A stretch of DNA of 61,027 bases, filler included. It is 5 parts of 5 records of this genome, joined end to end, with 100 filler letters (N's around TTAATTAATTAA, not from the genome) between each part and the next. Parts side by side here need not be neighbours in the genome. Positions count along the whole stretch, not along the records: positions 1 to 7,464 come from SRR31156797_890; positions 7,565 to 34,723 come from SRR31156797_893; 3 more parts are not named here. One strand, 5' to 3'. Below are positions 1 to 11,200 of the stretch, one piece after another. Position numbers and translations under genes: made by a program. Within the stretch, counting starts at the first letter, position 1; each line of letters starts with the position of its first letter. The notes beneath the pieces are model-generated. The model was not told the DNA's origin and did not search any database. It saw only the letters and a program-made list of their open reading frames with translations.

Positions 1-56
1 GGAGAATTAAACTCAATCACGATTAAAACTGCAAACTTTATTAAGGGAGGTAAATT

Positions 57-971
57 ATGATAGATACTAAAAAAATATGGATGAATGGTGAAATGGTAGA
101 CCACGATAACGCGACGGTACACGTACTTTCACACACTATGCACTACGGATCAAGCTTCTTTGAAGGAATCAGAGCTTATGAAACTGAAGACGGACCAGCT
201 ATTTTCAGATTAGACGAGCATGTTAAGAGATTATTCGATTCTTGTAAAATCTACAGAACAGAAGTTCCTTATACTGAAGAGGAAGTAAAACAAGCCATTA
301 TTGATACAATGAAAGCTAATGATTTAAAAGCAGGTTATATCAGACCTTTAGTTTATAGAGGATATAAAGCACTAGGTGTTAACCCTTTAACATGTCCTGT
401 TGATGTTATGATCGCTGTATGGCCATGGGGAGCATACCTTGGTGAAGAAGCTCTAAAGCACGGAATCAAAGCTCAAATGTCATCTTGGAGCAGATTAGCG
501 CCAAATACAATGCCTACAATGGCTAAAGCCGGAGGAAACTATTTAAGTTCTCAGCTTATCAAAATGGAAGCTCTTGCTAACGGATATGACGAAGGTATCG
601 CATTAGATGCTAACGGATATCTAAGTGAAGGAAGTGGAGAAAACTTATTCGTAATCAGAGATGGTGTTATCTACACTCCACCAATGGCAGCATCTGCATT
701 AGTTGGTATAACTAGAGATACTGTTATTAAAATTGCTGAAAAATTAGGATACGAAGTAAGAGAACAATCTATTCCTAAAGAGATGCTTTATGTTGCTGAC
801 GAAGTATTTTTAACTGGTACAGCTGCTGAGGTTACTCCTGTTGCATCTGTTGATCAGATCACAATTGGTAACGGAGATAAGACAATTACTCACTCTATCC
901 AAGAGTACTACTTCAACGTAGTAAAAGGTAAAGTTACTTTAAACAAAGAATGGCTAACATACGTAAAATAA
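57..971 (+). CDS. ilvE: Branched-chain amino acid aminotransferase
   Basis: Class IV PLP motifs HYG..FEGIRAY, AKAGGNY, EGSGENLF, GTAAEVTP; GGGAGG RBS upstream. Confidence 0.95.
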   Translation: MIDTKKIWMNGEMVDHDNATVHVLSHTMHYGSSFFEGIRAYETEDGPAIFRLDEHVKRLFDSCKIYRTEVPYTEEEVKQAIIDTMKANDLKAGYIRPLVYRGYKALGVNPLTCPVDVMIAVWPWGAYLGEEALKHGIKAQMSSWSRLAPNTMPTMAKAGGNYLSSQLIKMEALANGYDEGIALDANGYLSEGSGENLFVIRDGVIYTPPMAASALVGITRDTVIKIAEKLGYEVREQSIPKEMLYVADEVFLTGTAAEVTPVASVDQITIGNGDKTITHSIQEYYFNVVKGKVTLNKEWLTYVK

Positions 972-989
972 TAATGTTACTTTAATAGC

Positions 990-1018
990 AAACGGCTCAA
1001 TATTTGAGCCGTTTTTTT
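990..1018 (+). terminator. Rho-independent terminator after ilvE
   Basis: AAACGGCTCAA-TAT-TTGAGCCGTTT hairpin followed by a T-run. Confidence 0.85.
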
Positions 1019-1118
1019 ATTTCTCACTCTCTATAAGGGAAGAAAGTGAAAACCTTGCTTTTTTTTACTTTTTAAGTTAAAATATTGATAATAAACACTT
1101 TGATTTGGGGGTTATCTT

Positions 1119-4100
1119 TTGACTTTGACGACAAAATACCACATGGGTAAAAAAATATATGAAAGTTCTAAGAGTATCATATTTCTCGGGAAAAATATTG
1201 AGACAGATGAGCAGGTATTAATCAAGATACTTAATTCTGATTATCCTGACCTTGAGCAGGTTACCCGTTTTAAATATGAGTATGAACTTCTAAAAGATAA
1301 TAATATCGCCGGAGTTCCTAAAACTTTTGAAACTTTAAACTATAAAAATTCAATTGCTCTGATTAGAGAGAGCTTTGACGGAGAATCATTAACAGAAGTT
1401 AATTTCTCCCAATATGATATATTGAGTACACTGGAGATCTTCATTAAGATTACTCAGTGTATTTCTAACGTTCACAAAAATAATATTATCCATAAAGATA
1501 TCAATCCTTCAAATATTCTGTGGAATAAAGATACAAATGAAGTTCGAATAATTGATTTCGGAATCTCAACTAAGCTTTCACAGGAGAAATTAGAAGTCGA
1601 AAACCCAAGTGTACTTGAGGGTACGCTGAGTTATATATCTCCTGAGCAAACAGGTAGAATAAACAGACCTATGGATTATAGAACTGATCTATACTCTTTA
1701 GGTATCACTTTTTATAAATTAATCACAGGTAAGCTTCCTTTTCACTCTGATGACCCGATGGAAATGGTGCATATGCATATTGCAAAAACTCCGGAAGCAC
1801 CTTATTTAATTAATAAAAATATTCCAAAAGCTGTATCTGATATTATTTTGAAATTAATAAGTAAAATGTCAGAAGACAGATACAAATCTGCCAGCGGTGT
1901 TGTGGCTGATTTGAAATTCTGTGTTGATGAATATAAATATACACGTGAAATCAGAGAGTTTGAATTAGGTCAAAATGATTTCAGTGAGAAGTTTCAAATC
2001 TCAAATAAACTGTATGGAAGAGAAAATGAGATAAAGCAAATTTTGGATTCATTTGACAGGGTTTGTAAGGGCAGCTCCGAACTATTTGTTATCGCCGGAT
2101 ATTCTGGAATCGGTAAAACTTCCCTTGTTTATGAAATTCATAAACCTTTAATTGAAAAAAGAGGGTATTTTATCTCTGGAAAGTTTGATCAGTTCAAGAG
2201 AGATATCCCTTATTCTGCATTAATCCAAGCTTTTGAAGAGTTAATCAGACAAATCCTAACTGAGTCAAAATCCTGCAACAGACATTGGAGAAAAGAGATC
2301 CTGGAAGCAGTCGGAGACCAGGGACAAGTACTGATCAATGTAATCCCTGAATTAGAGCTGATCATTGGTAAGCAGCCAAAGGTTCAGGAGCTAAATGCTT
2401 CTGAGGCATTTAATAGATTTAATCTGCTGTTTAGAAATTTTGTAAAAGTATTCTCTCATTCGGATCACCCTTTGGTACTATTTTTAGACGATCTGCAATG
2501 GGTAGACCATGCATCACTGAATATGCTTGAGAATCTGATACTTGATAATGAGTTTAAGCACCTGTTTATTATTGGAGCGTATAGAGACAATGAAGTAGAC
2601 AGCACTCATCCTTTAACTGAAACTTTAGATAAATTAAACAAAAGTTTAGCACCTATAAGCAATCTGAAATTAGGAGAGTTAAATGAGCAGTCAATTTCAG
2701 AAATTATTCAGGAAAATTTTCCTTCTAAAGAGATTAATATGAAAAAACTCCTAGAAGTATGCTCTAAAAAAACTGCAGGAAATCCATTTTTTCTTAAGCA
2801 GTTTTTACTAAGATTATATGAAGAAAAAATAATCTCATATAATTATTTAAATAACTTATGGATGTATAGAATTGATAAAATTGAAAATACTAAGATTACA
2901 GAAAATGTTGTTGATTTAATGACAAGCAGAATTCAGAAACTATCAAATGAAGCACAAAAAATTCTTAAAACCGCTTCATGTGTAGGAAGCCAGTTTGACC
3001 TGAAAACTTTATCAATTGTTTCCGAAAAAAATCAAGCGGAAATTTCAGAATATCTTTGGGAGATTCTTGATGAAGAGTTAATCATCCCTCTCACAGCATC
3101 ATACAGATACGCAAAAGATTTAGGGGAGATCAGTTCAATCCCTTACAAGTTTTTTCATGATAAAATCAGACAAGCATCTTATTCTATGTTAGACGAGGAG
3201 GAGCGAAAAGACACCCACCTTAAAACTGCGAGATTGCTAAGTAGTCATCTCTTAGATGAGGAAAAAGATGAAAAAATATTTGAACTGGCAAATCATTACA
3301 ACAATGCAAATGATTTACTATCAAATTCAGCGGAACTTTTTGTTGTAGCAAAATTAAATCTAAAAGCGGGAATCAAAGCCAAAAACTCCGGAGCTTATAA
3401 ACCTGCATTTAAATTATTAGCTAATGCTATAAAATTATTTGATCAAAAAAACTGGGAGGAAAACTATACTTTTTCAATTTCTCTATATAGTGAAGCTGCC
3501 GAAGTGTGTTTCCTAACTGCTGATTATGATAAAATGGAGGAATTCTCAAATATTGTTATCACAAAAGGGATAACACCACTTGATAAAATAAAAGCCTATG
3601 AGAGTAAAATCAACTCTGCCATGGCTAATAATAAATATTCCGACGGACTTCTCTACGCAAGAGAACTTTTAGAAGAATTAGGACTTAAACTTCCTAAAAA
3701 AGCGGATACAGTAACAATACTAAAAACACTAATCAAAACAAAATTAATGCTTAAAGACAATAATATAGAACGTCTAGAGGCCCTGCCTGAGATGCAGGAT
3801 AAGAAGTATATTGCAATCATGAAAGTGCTGTCAAATATACTTTCATTATGTTACGTAGCTTCACCAAATCTATTTCCGATTGTTGTACTGACTCAAGTGC
3901 AATTATCGCTTAAGCACGGTAATACTCCGTCTTCAGCTGAAGCATATGCTCTTTACGGACTTATTCTCGGAGGGATTCTAAAAAATTATGATTCTGCCTA
4001 CAAAGTAGGTAAAATAGCACTCAAACTCTCAGAGGAGAAAAGATACAGCTTCTATAGAGCCAGAGTATTGTTTTATACTTCAAACTTTGTTCTTCACTGG

Positions 4101-6413
4101 AAAGAAAAAGTAGCTGACGTTATGCCTGTTATCTCTGCTTCATATAATCTTGCTTTACAAAACGGTGATTTGGAATATGCAGCATGGGCGGCCTTTTTGA
4201 AGTGTGAATATAGGTTATATTCCGGAATACCGTTAGAAGAAGCAACTGACTGCTTCGATCACTGTGAGAAAACAATCAAAGCGCTTAAACAGAATAAGCA
4301 ATTAACATATACATATGCATTCCAAAATATTTTGGCAGTAGTCACAGGTAAAATCTCAAAAGATGAGTACTACAAAAAAAATAATAGCTTATTAGATAAA
4401 TTTACTGAAGTAAATGACAGTATCGGCCTGTACTTCAGTCATTTTTGCAATGCCATTTATCAATTTACTTTTGGAGATTATACTACTGCTTATACTAGTA
4501 TAAATAATGCTGAGAAATATATTGAGAGTAATCTGGGCTCTATGAACTATCCAATGTTTTATTTCCGGCAATCACTTATTTTTACAGTAATTTATTATGA
4601 AAAAAAAGATAAAACAATACTTAAAAAGATACAGAGTAATCAAAAATTAATGAAAAAATGGAGTGAGCATTCACCGAAAAATTACATGGCAAAATATTTG
4701 CTTATCGAGGCTAAACTGCATGAAATAAAAAACAGCCCACAAAAAGCTATGGAAAACTACACTTTAGCAATTAAACTGGCTAAAGAAAACGAAAATTTAA
4801 CAGATGAATGTATCGGAAATGAACTTGCAGCAAACTATTTTTTCAAAATGAATCATGAAAAAATTGCAGTACTTCACCTAAAAGAAGCCCATTATTCATA
4901 CAAAAGACTTGGTGCTATTGAAAAAGTTAATTCACTAGAAGAAAAATACCCTGAGTTTTTACTGACTAATGATATTTTTGTCGGAACAAGAACACAGTCA
5001 GTATCTCTAAGCAAACAATCAAGCAGTACTTCGTCTACTATTAACATGCTTGATCTAAGCTCGATACTAAAGGCTTCTCAAGTTTTATCAGGAGAGATAC
5101 AGCTCTCTAGTTTATTAGAAAAGATGATGAATTATGTAATAGAAAATGCCGGGGCACAAAAAGGGTATTTCATTTTAAATTTAAACAAGAAACTATATAT
5201 TGAAGCGGAAATAGATCCCGAACAAAACAAAAAAGAGTTTCTACACTCAGTTCCGTTTAACCAAAATAATAATTTACTTCCATCTGAAATTATCAATTTT
5301 GTAATGAGAACTCATGAATTTATTGTACTTGATGATGCAGTAAATGAAAAAAAATTCATGAATAGTAGATATATTCAAGATAAAAAACCAAAATCAATAT
5401 TATGTATGCCGGTTATTAACCAAAATAAATTAAACGGAATACTATACTTGGAAAACAATTTAACCAAAAGTGCATTCTCAGAAGATAGAATACAGATGTT
5501 GAATATTCTAACGGCTCAACTTGCAATATCTTTGGAAAATGCTACAATGTACTCAGAATTAGAGAAATTAAACAAAACACTTGAGGAAAAAGTAAATGAG
5601 AGAACTGCTGAGCTCGACAGGAAAAATAAAAAATTAACTGATAGTATTGATTATGCTAAAAGAATCCAGACTATTATTCTTCCAAAATCTGAAAAGATCG
5701 CGAAACAATTTTCTGATCACTTTATCATATACATACCTGCAGATATAGTTTCAGGTGATTTTTACTGGTTTAAGCAGATTGAAAACAAGAAAATATTTGC
5801 TGTAGTCGACTGTACCGGGCACGGAGTTCCGGGTGGATTCCTGGCTATGATAGGAAATACTCTTCTGGATAAAATAGTTCATGAGAAAACTGAACTTGAA
5901 CCGGGTAAAATATTAGAGAGACTTCATCTGGAAGTTAGATCAACACTTCGACAAGCTGAGGGTAGAGATGAGTTTAGAACCTTAAAACAGCTTGATGGTA
6001 TGGATGTGGCTCTATGTGTATTTGAGGAAAATAGTAATAAAGTCTTGTTTGCAGGAGCAAAACGCCCTCTTTATCATATAAAATATTCTAATGATACAAA
6101 AGAGTTAATCAGGCTAAAAGGTGATAAAAAGTCTATTGGTGGACGTCAAAAAGAGAGCTTTCGAACGTTCACAACTCAGGAAATCACTCTTGATAATCGT
6201 GATACTCTTTATATGACAAGTGACGGTTATTCAGATCAAAATAATATTTCGAATAAAATGATAGGAACAAAAAGATTTGAAAGACTTCTTCTGGAAGTAG
6301 CGGATTATCCTTTAAATCAGCAAAAAAGTAAGTTATTACACGAGTTAAACAGTCACATGGGTGAGGAAAAACAAAGAGACGATATAACAGTCGTAGGCTT
6401 AAAAATCAAATAA
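1119..6413 (+). CDS. Multidomain Ser/Thr kinase - AAA ATPase - helical repeats - GAF - SpoIIE/PP2C phosphatase
   Basis: HKDINPSN, DFG, YISPEQTGR; Walker A GYSGIGKT; LDDLQW; GAF (SILCMP..LYLENN); PP2C motifs SGDFY, DCTGHGVPG, DGMD, SDG, DDIT. Confidence 0.92.
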   Translation: MTLTTKYHMGKKIYESSKSIIFLGKNIETDEQVLIKILNSDYPDLEQVTRFKYEYELLKDNNIAGVPKTFETLNYKNSIALIRESFDGESLTEVNFSQYDILSTLEIFIKITQCISNVHKNNIIHKDINPSNILWNKDTNEVRIIDFGISTKLSQEKLEVENPSVLEGTLSYISPEQTGRINRPMDYRTDLYSLGITFYKLITGKLPFHSDDPMEMVHMHIAKTPEAPYLINKNIPKAVSDIILKLISKMSEDRYKSASGVVADLKFCVDEYKYTREIREFELGQNDFSEKFQISNKLYGRENEIKQILDSFDRVCKGSSELFVIAGYSGIGKTSLVYEIHKPLIEKRGYFISGKFDQFKRDIPYSALIQAFEELIRQILTESKSCNRHWRKEILEAVGDQGQVLINVIPELELIIGKQPKVQELNASEAFNRFNLLFRNFVKVFSHSDHPLVLFLDDLQWVDHASLNMLENLILDNEFKHLFIIGAYRDNEVDSTHPLTETLDKLNKSLAPISNLKLGELNEQSISEIIQENFPSKEINMKKLLEVCSKKTAGNPFFLKQFLLRLYEEKIISYNYLNNLWMYRIDKIENTKITENVVDLMTSRIQKLSNEAQKILKTASCVGSQFDLKTLSIVSEKNQAEISEYLWEILDEELIIPLTASYRYAKDLGEISSIPYKFFHDKIRQASYSMLDEEERKDTHLKTARLLSSHLLDEEKDEKIFELANHYNNANDLLSNSAELFVVAKLNLKAGIKAKNSGAYKPAFKLLANAIKLFDQKNWEENYTFSISLYSEAAEVCFLTADYDKMEEFSNIVITKGITPLDKIKAYESKINSAMANNKYSDGLLYARELLEELGLKLPKKADTVTILKTLIKTKLMLKDNNIERLEALPEMQDKKYIAIMKVLSNILSLCYVASPNLFPIVVLTQVQLSLKHGNTPSSAEAYALYGLILGGILKNYDSAYKVGKIALKLSEEKRYSFYRARVLFYTSNFVLHWKEKVADVMPVISASYNLALQNGDLEYAAWAAFLKCEYRLYSGIPLEEATDCFDHCEKTIKALKQNKQLTYTYAFQNILAVVTGKISKDEYYKKNNSLLDKFTEVNDSIGLYFSHFCNAIYQFTFGDYTTAYTSINNAEKYIESNLGSMNYPMFYFRQSLIFTVIYYEKKDKTILKKIQSNQKLMKKWSEHSPKNYMAKYLLIEAKLHEIKNSPQKAMENYTLAIKLAKENENLTDECIGNELAANYFFKMNHEKIAVLHLKEAHYSYKRLGAIEKVNSLEEKYPEFLLTNDIFVGTRTQSVSLSKQSSSTSSTINMLDLSSILKASQVLSGEIQLSSLLEKMMNYVIENAGAQKGYFILNLNKKLYIEAEIDPEQNKKEFLHSVPFNQNNNLLPSEIINFVMRTHEFIVLDDAVNEKKFMNSRYIQDKKPKSILCMPVINQNKLNGILYLENNLTKSAFSEDRIQMLNILTAQLAISLENATMYSELEKLNKTLEEKVNERTAELDRKNKKLTDSIDYAKRIQTIILPKSEKIAKQFSDHFIIYIPADIVSGDFYWFKQIENKKIFAVVDCTGHGVPGGFLAMIGNTLLDKIVHEKTELEPGKILERLHLEVRSTLRQAEGRDEFRTLKQLDGMDVALCVFEENSNKVLFAGAKRPLYHIKYSNDTKELIRLKGDKKSIGGRQKESFRTFTTQEITLDNRDTLYMTSDGYSDQNNISNKMIGTKRFERLLLEVADYPLNQQKSKLLHELNSHMGEEKQRDDITVVGLKIK

Positions 6414-6431
6414 ACGGAGGATAAATTAATA

Positions 6432-7406
6432 ATGAAACTAAAAAGTATTTTGGCAATGATAGTTTGCCTCCTATTTTGCAGTACTGGTATAAGTGCAAAT
6501 ATCTTTGATGAGGCTGAGGAGGTCAAAGGTACCGATGCAAAAGCATATGAGTTTTCACTTAATACATCTATTATAGATGGTACTTCATATGAGCTGGTTT
6601 ACGATGATGAAAGAAAACTGAGTGAGCTTATATGGGAATCAAACGATACACAACTTTATGGATTTAATATAAGTTATTTAGCTTATAATAATATTAACCT
6701 GAATTTTGATTTTATGACTAATTTCAGTAGTAGTGATGGTTATATGGAGGATTATGATTGGATTGATGAAGATAACTCAGCCTGGACGCATTATTCAAAA
6801 TCCAGTTCTGATAATGAAAATATTATAAAACTGGATTTTAATGTCGAAATTCCGGCTTACTCAAATAAGTTTTTTGACCTTTTAGTTCTTTTAGGTTTTA
6901 AGTATGATTCTTTTGAATGGGTTGCAAGCGGAGGTTATTATATCTACTCTGATGACGGCTTTAGAGATGATACAGGAACCTTTGATGATGTTCCGGTTAT
7001 TTCATATAACCAATTTTTTAGATCTCCATATATTGGATTTACTATAAAAAAACAATACAAAAAGTTAGAATTCTCCGCAACGATGAAATATTCTGGAATG
7101 GTTAATGCTGATGATGAAGATACTCATCATCTAAGAGATCTGTTTTTTGAAGAAAGCTTTAGTGACGGAACTATGCTTGATTACACTCTAAGTGCTTCAT
7201 ACAACTTCTACAAAGAGTTTTCACTTTATACTAATGTGAATTATCTGGAGCATCAGTTAAATAAGGGATCAATGACTGTTACTAATCTCAGCACAGACAG
7301 CTCTTATACTTACGATGATGATGAAGCTGCAGGGATAAGTCACAGTTCTCATACTATAACTGTAGGATTAAAATATCTGTTTGATCTACAAAAAAAGAAA
7401 AAATAG
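6432..7406 (+). CDS. Omptin-family (OmpT/Pla-like) outer-membrane protease
   Basis: Signal peptide; ELVY..RKLSELIW, MEDYDW (Asp pair), WTHYS, DEDTH (Asp-x-His); alternating beta-strand pattern. Confidence 0.82.
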   Translation: MKLKSILAMIVCLLFCSTGISANIFDEAEEVKGTDAKAYEFSLNTSIIDGTSYELVYDDERKLSELIWESNDTQLYGFNISYLAYNNINLNFDFMTNFSSSDGYMEDYDWIDEDNSAWTHYSKSSSDNENIIKLDFNVEIPAYSNKFFDLLVLLGFKYDSFEWVASGGYYIYSDDGFRDDTGTFDDVPVISYNQFFRSPYIGFTIKKQYKKLEFSATMKYSGMVNADDEDTHHLRDLFFEESFSDGTMLDYTLSASYNFYKEFSLYTNVNYLEHQLNKGSMTVTNLSTDSSYTYDDDEAAGISHSSHTITVGLKYLFDLQKKKK

Positions 7407-7436
7407 ATTTTAAATATAAAGAAGGCAGACCTTGTT

Positions 7437-7464
7437 TAAACTGGAACCCTTGTCAAGGACAAAT
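7437..7464. mobile_element. Possible IS3-family terminal inverted repeat at contig end
   Basis: TAAACTGGAACCCTTGTCAAGGACA resembles IS3/IS150-type ends as I recall them, and the contig breaks here; no transposase visible. Confidence 0.3.
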
Positions 7465-7564
7465 NNNNNNNNNNNNNNNNNNNNNNNNNNNNNNNNNNNN
7501 NNNNNNNNTTAATTAATTAANNNNNNNNNNNNNNNNNNNNNNNNNNNNNNNNNNNNNNNNNNNN
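7465..7564. other. Artificial contig linker
   Basis: N-run + TTAATTAATTAA (stops in all six frames) + N-run, 100 bp. Confidence 0.98.
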
Positions 7565-7592
7565 CCCATCTTCTATAGAAGATGGGGGAATT

Positions 7593-8093
7593 TTATTTTT
7601 CTTCATTAACGCGCTTACCGGGCATAAAGGCCGTGCGCAAAAATTTCGGAGTAAAAATCCGGAAGGGATTGCGAACCAGCAGATCCGGCATGACGTGATA
7701 CCAGCGGTATCCCAGACGATGGTAAACTCTTTTGGCGAGACAGCCATATCCGGTCTGTCTTGCGGCCCAAAGAGCGGCATCGCGCTGGCATCTTGAAGTT
7801 GCCACGGCCTTAAAAATTTTATCGCTGTAGCCCTTATCAACGAGCATTTTGCGGATACGCAGATATTCACGGTAACGGCTGATAATATCAGCAACGGAAA
7901 AGAAAGCCCCGGTCACCCAGCTCATGGCAATAGCAGCAGAGGTGACAAAACCCAGACTATGCCCGTCGCGGTAAAATTCAGCCGCAAGCCATGCCAAGGT
8001 CACAACCATGCCTATACAAAGCCCCAGAACAAAATGAGGTAAAGGGGCCACACGTAAATAATTATATTTTTTCTGTGCAAGAGCCTTTATCAT
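7593..8093 (-). CDS. Hypothetical membrane protein
   Basis: Two hydrophobic segments, basic C-terminal domain (CQR..GYRWYH..PD); hairpin CCCATCTTCTATAGAAGATGGG just downstream. Confidence 0.7.
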   Translation of the reverse strand: MIKALAQKKYNYLRVAPLPHFVLGLCIGMVVTLAWLAAEFYRDGHSLGFVTSAAIAMSWVTGAFFSVADIISRYREYLRIRKMLVDKGYSDKIFKAVATSRCQRDAALWAARQTGYGCLAKRVYHRLGYRWYHVMPDLLVRNPFRIFTPKFLRTAFMPGKRVNEEK

Positions 8094-8247
8094 CGTAATT
8101 CGCCTGTAAAATCACAAAACAACTGACTATCAACAACCTGATAGTCTACGCCACGACTAGGGAATTACCACCGTAATCAAAACCGTTCAAGAAATATCGG
8201 ATTTGGAAAAAATCGCCTGCGTATGGCGTAAGAGAGATATTCACAGG

Positions 8248-11200
8248 CTAGGATTGCGTGACCTTGGTCAGCTCGGCCAGCAGGTCATCCACGTTGAACG
8301 GCTTGGTGATGCGAGAATCCATACCGCTATCAAAACACTTCTGAAGGAAATCTTCGCCCACATTGGCGGTAAGGGCCACTATCCTGACCGGAGAATGAGT
8401 CTTTCGAATCGCACGAGCAGCTTCAAAACCGTCAAGCACAGGCATCTGGATATCCATAAAAATTATGTCAAAATCGTCTGAATCATTAAATGTATCAACT
8501 GCATCCTTGCCATTCTCAACCATCACATAGTTTTTAAGACCGTTCTTCTCAAAAACCTTGCGCAGCAGAATACGGTTCATTTTGCTGTCCTCAGCCACCA
8601 TAACTTTCAAGCCGGAATAATCCACTGAATCAAAGACTTCTTCAGGACTGTCCGTAACTTCCTGCGGCTGATTCAGGTTTTTGCAGATTTCCACTGGCAG
8701 AACAAAAGAAAACAACGCCCCGCCATGCTCATTGTTACGGGCAAAGAGTTCTCCACCCAAATGCTTGACCAGCTTATAGCAAATAGCCAAACCGAGACCG
8801 GTTCCCCCGTACCGTCTGGTGATGCTCGGGTCAGCCTGCACAAAGGATTCAAACAGGGCTTCTGCTCCACCTTCAGGCAGACCGATTCCTGTATCCGAAA
8901 CCTCGAAAAGCAGGCTAACCTTATCACCATCACTGGCAGGACTATCCGGCCTGCACCGAAGAGTGACACTCCCTTTATCTGTGAATTTAACAGCATTTCC
9001 AAGCAAGTTGACCAAAACCTGACGCAGCCTGAGGCTGTCCACCCGGACACAACCCGGCACATTCTCCGCTTCAAGGATCACCTGCAAAGGCTTATTCATG
9101 GCCCCGATATCGACAACGTCCCTCATCTCCTGCAAGAAAGCTGGAAAATCGATATTCTCCTCATTCAATTCCATATGCACAGAATCAAGCTTTGAATAGT
9201 CCAGGATATCGTTGACAATAACCAACAGGCTATCCACAGAGGATTTGATCAAACGCAGATTTTCCTGCTGCTCAGAAGTTAATTCGGACCGCTGGAGCAG
9301 CTGAACCATTCCTTTGACCGCATTCATGGGAGTTCTGAACTCGTGGGTCATGTTGGCCAGAAAACGTCCTTTGGCCTCATTGGCTTCCTGTGCATCTTCC
9401 CTGCTGCCCCGCAATTCTTTCTCAATCCTTTTCAATTCAGAAATATCTTCTACCGCCACAAGGACCCGCTCCCAAGAATCCTCATAGCCCGGAACAATAG
9501 TCAGGTTAAGGATAAAAGACTGCTCCCTGCCATCCAACCGGAGAAAGCTAAACTCACTGCGATGTCTTTGCGCCCCTTTGAGCATGTCAAGAAAAACAGT
9601 CCTGTAAATACGCCACGAATGCTGGGTCACATAAGGAGAAAAACCGACATTAATCAGCTGTTCAAGGGAGGATGTACCGAAAAATTCTATAGTGCGGTTA
9701 TTGGCATCAATTATCTGTATCTTCTCCACACACCGGGACACGGAATCATGATCAGACAAAAGCTCCTCCCGGATAACCGGGAACATATCCGGACCATACG
9801 AATCGAAAATCTTTTTTAATGAACTCAGGTCGAGTTCCCACAGGGCCACAGGAGAATTCTCAAAAAGGGATCGAAACCGCCACTCACTTTTCTGCTGTTC
9901 TTTTTCAGCTTTTTTCCGGGCGGTCACATCAATGACAAAACCTTCCACATAGGCAGACATTCCCGGTTCAGACTCTACAAGCCTCAGATCTCTGGAAGTC
10001 CAGACCGTACCGCCGTCTTTGCGCTTACACTCTACTTCATACGAAGCCACCTGGCCCGCAAAACGCAACATCTGCACACAACGCGTCCAGTCCTCGCTAT
10101 TCATATAGACCTGATCGCCGACACTGGAGACTTCTGAAATCAACTCCTCACTGTTCTCATATCCGTATAACTCCGCAAGAGCTTTGTTTGCTGTCAGATA
10201 ACTCCCGTCCAAAGTCGCCTGAAAAATTCCCATGGGTGCATTATCAAAAATATCACGAAATTTAATCTCAGCCCGTCTGCGCAGCGCGTCCGCAAGATGG
10301 CGATTCCTGACCTCATGCTCAACCTTTTCCTTCTGTGTATTTACCTCTTCTATTCGGCGGGAAGCCTCCTGCATGCGTGCTTCATAAATTTTGTGCCTCA
10401 GCACCCCCCGGATAAGCCAAAAACAGCCTATTGAGATCAAAAGGAAGATAAGAAGATACAGAATGAACTGCATCCTGATACTCAGGAAACCGAAGAGTTT
10501 ATCCTCTTCCACCAGACTGATCACACTGAGCGAGGTCCCCCGAACCGGGGACGATATAGCCAGATAGTCAACTTCGCGACCGGATTTACCAGCCTCCAAT
10601 ACAGTCAAGCCGTCCCATTCATGAATAACATCCATGAGAAGGAGTTCACCACTATGCCGGGCCGAAACATCGGAGACAGCCACGACAGTACCGCCCACGC
10701 GCAAAAAATCAGTACCCACGGATGGAGAGATGGTCATAAATTTCAGGCTTCGATGCAGACTTTCAATTCTCGTCCAGCCAACAACAGTCCCCTTTATGCC
10801 TTGAGAAGCATCAATAGGGACGCTGATAACAATAGAAAGCTCCCCGCCATACTCTCCGGCAAAAAAGGCAGGAGTTCCATGGCGGACCCTGAATTTAGCA
10901 AACTCAGAATCCTCTGTATTCAGCAAACAATCGCTATCCGAATCCAAAATCAAGTCACCGTCTTCATCAAGTACGGCAATCCGTGAAAAAACATGTTCAT
11001 CCCCCACACTCCGCTTAGCCAGACTCCGGTTAAACAGAGAACAGACATCCTTAGCTAGTGCAGGGACTTTTGAGACTGCATCTCCCTTCTCTTCTCTCAA
11101 TACACTGACCAAAGAACGCACTGACTGGCTGGCAGCCACACCGCCCAGTTCAGATACCCGTTTGGAAGAATAAAAACTTACTGCCATAGCCCGTTTGGCG

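Noticed and set aside
7509-7520. TTAATTAATTAA repeated four times in the window
   Set aside because: Artificial six-frame stop linker inside N-runs, not a biological repeat or CRISPR
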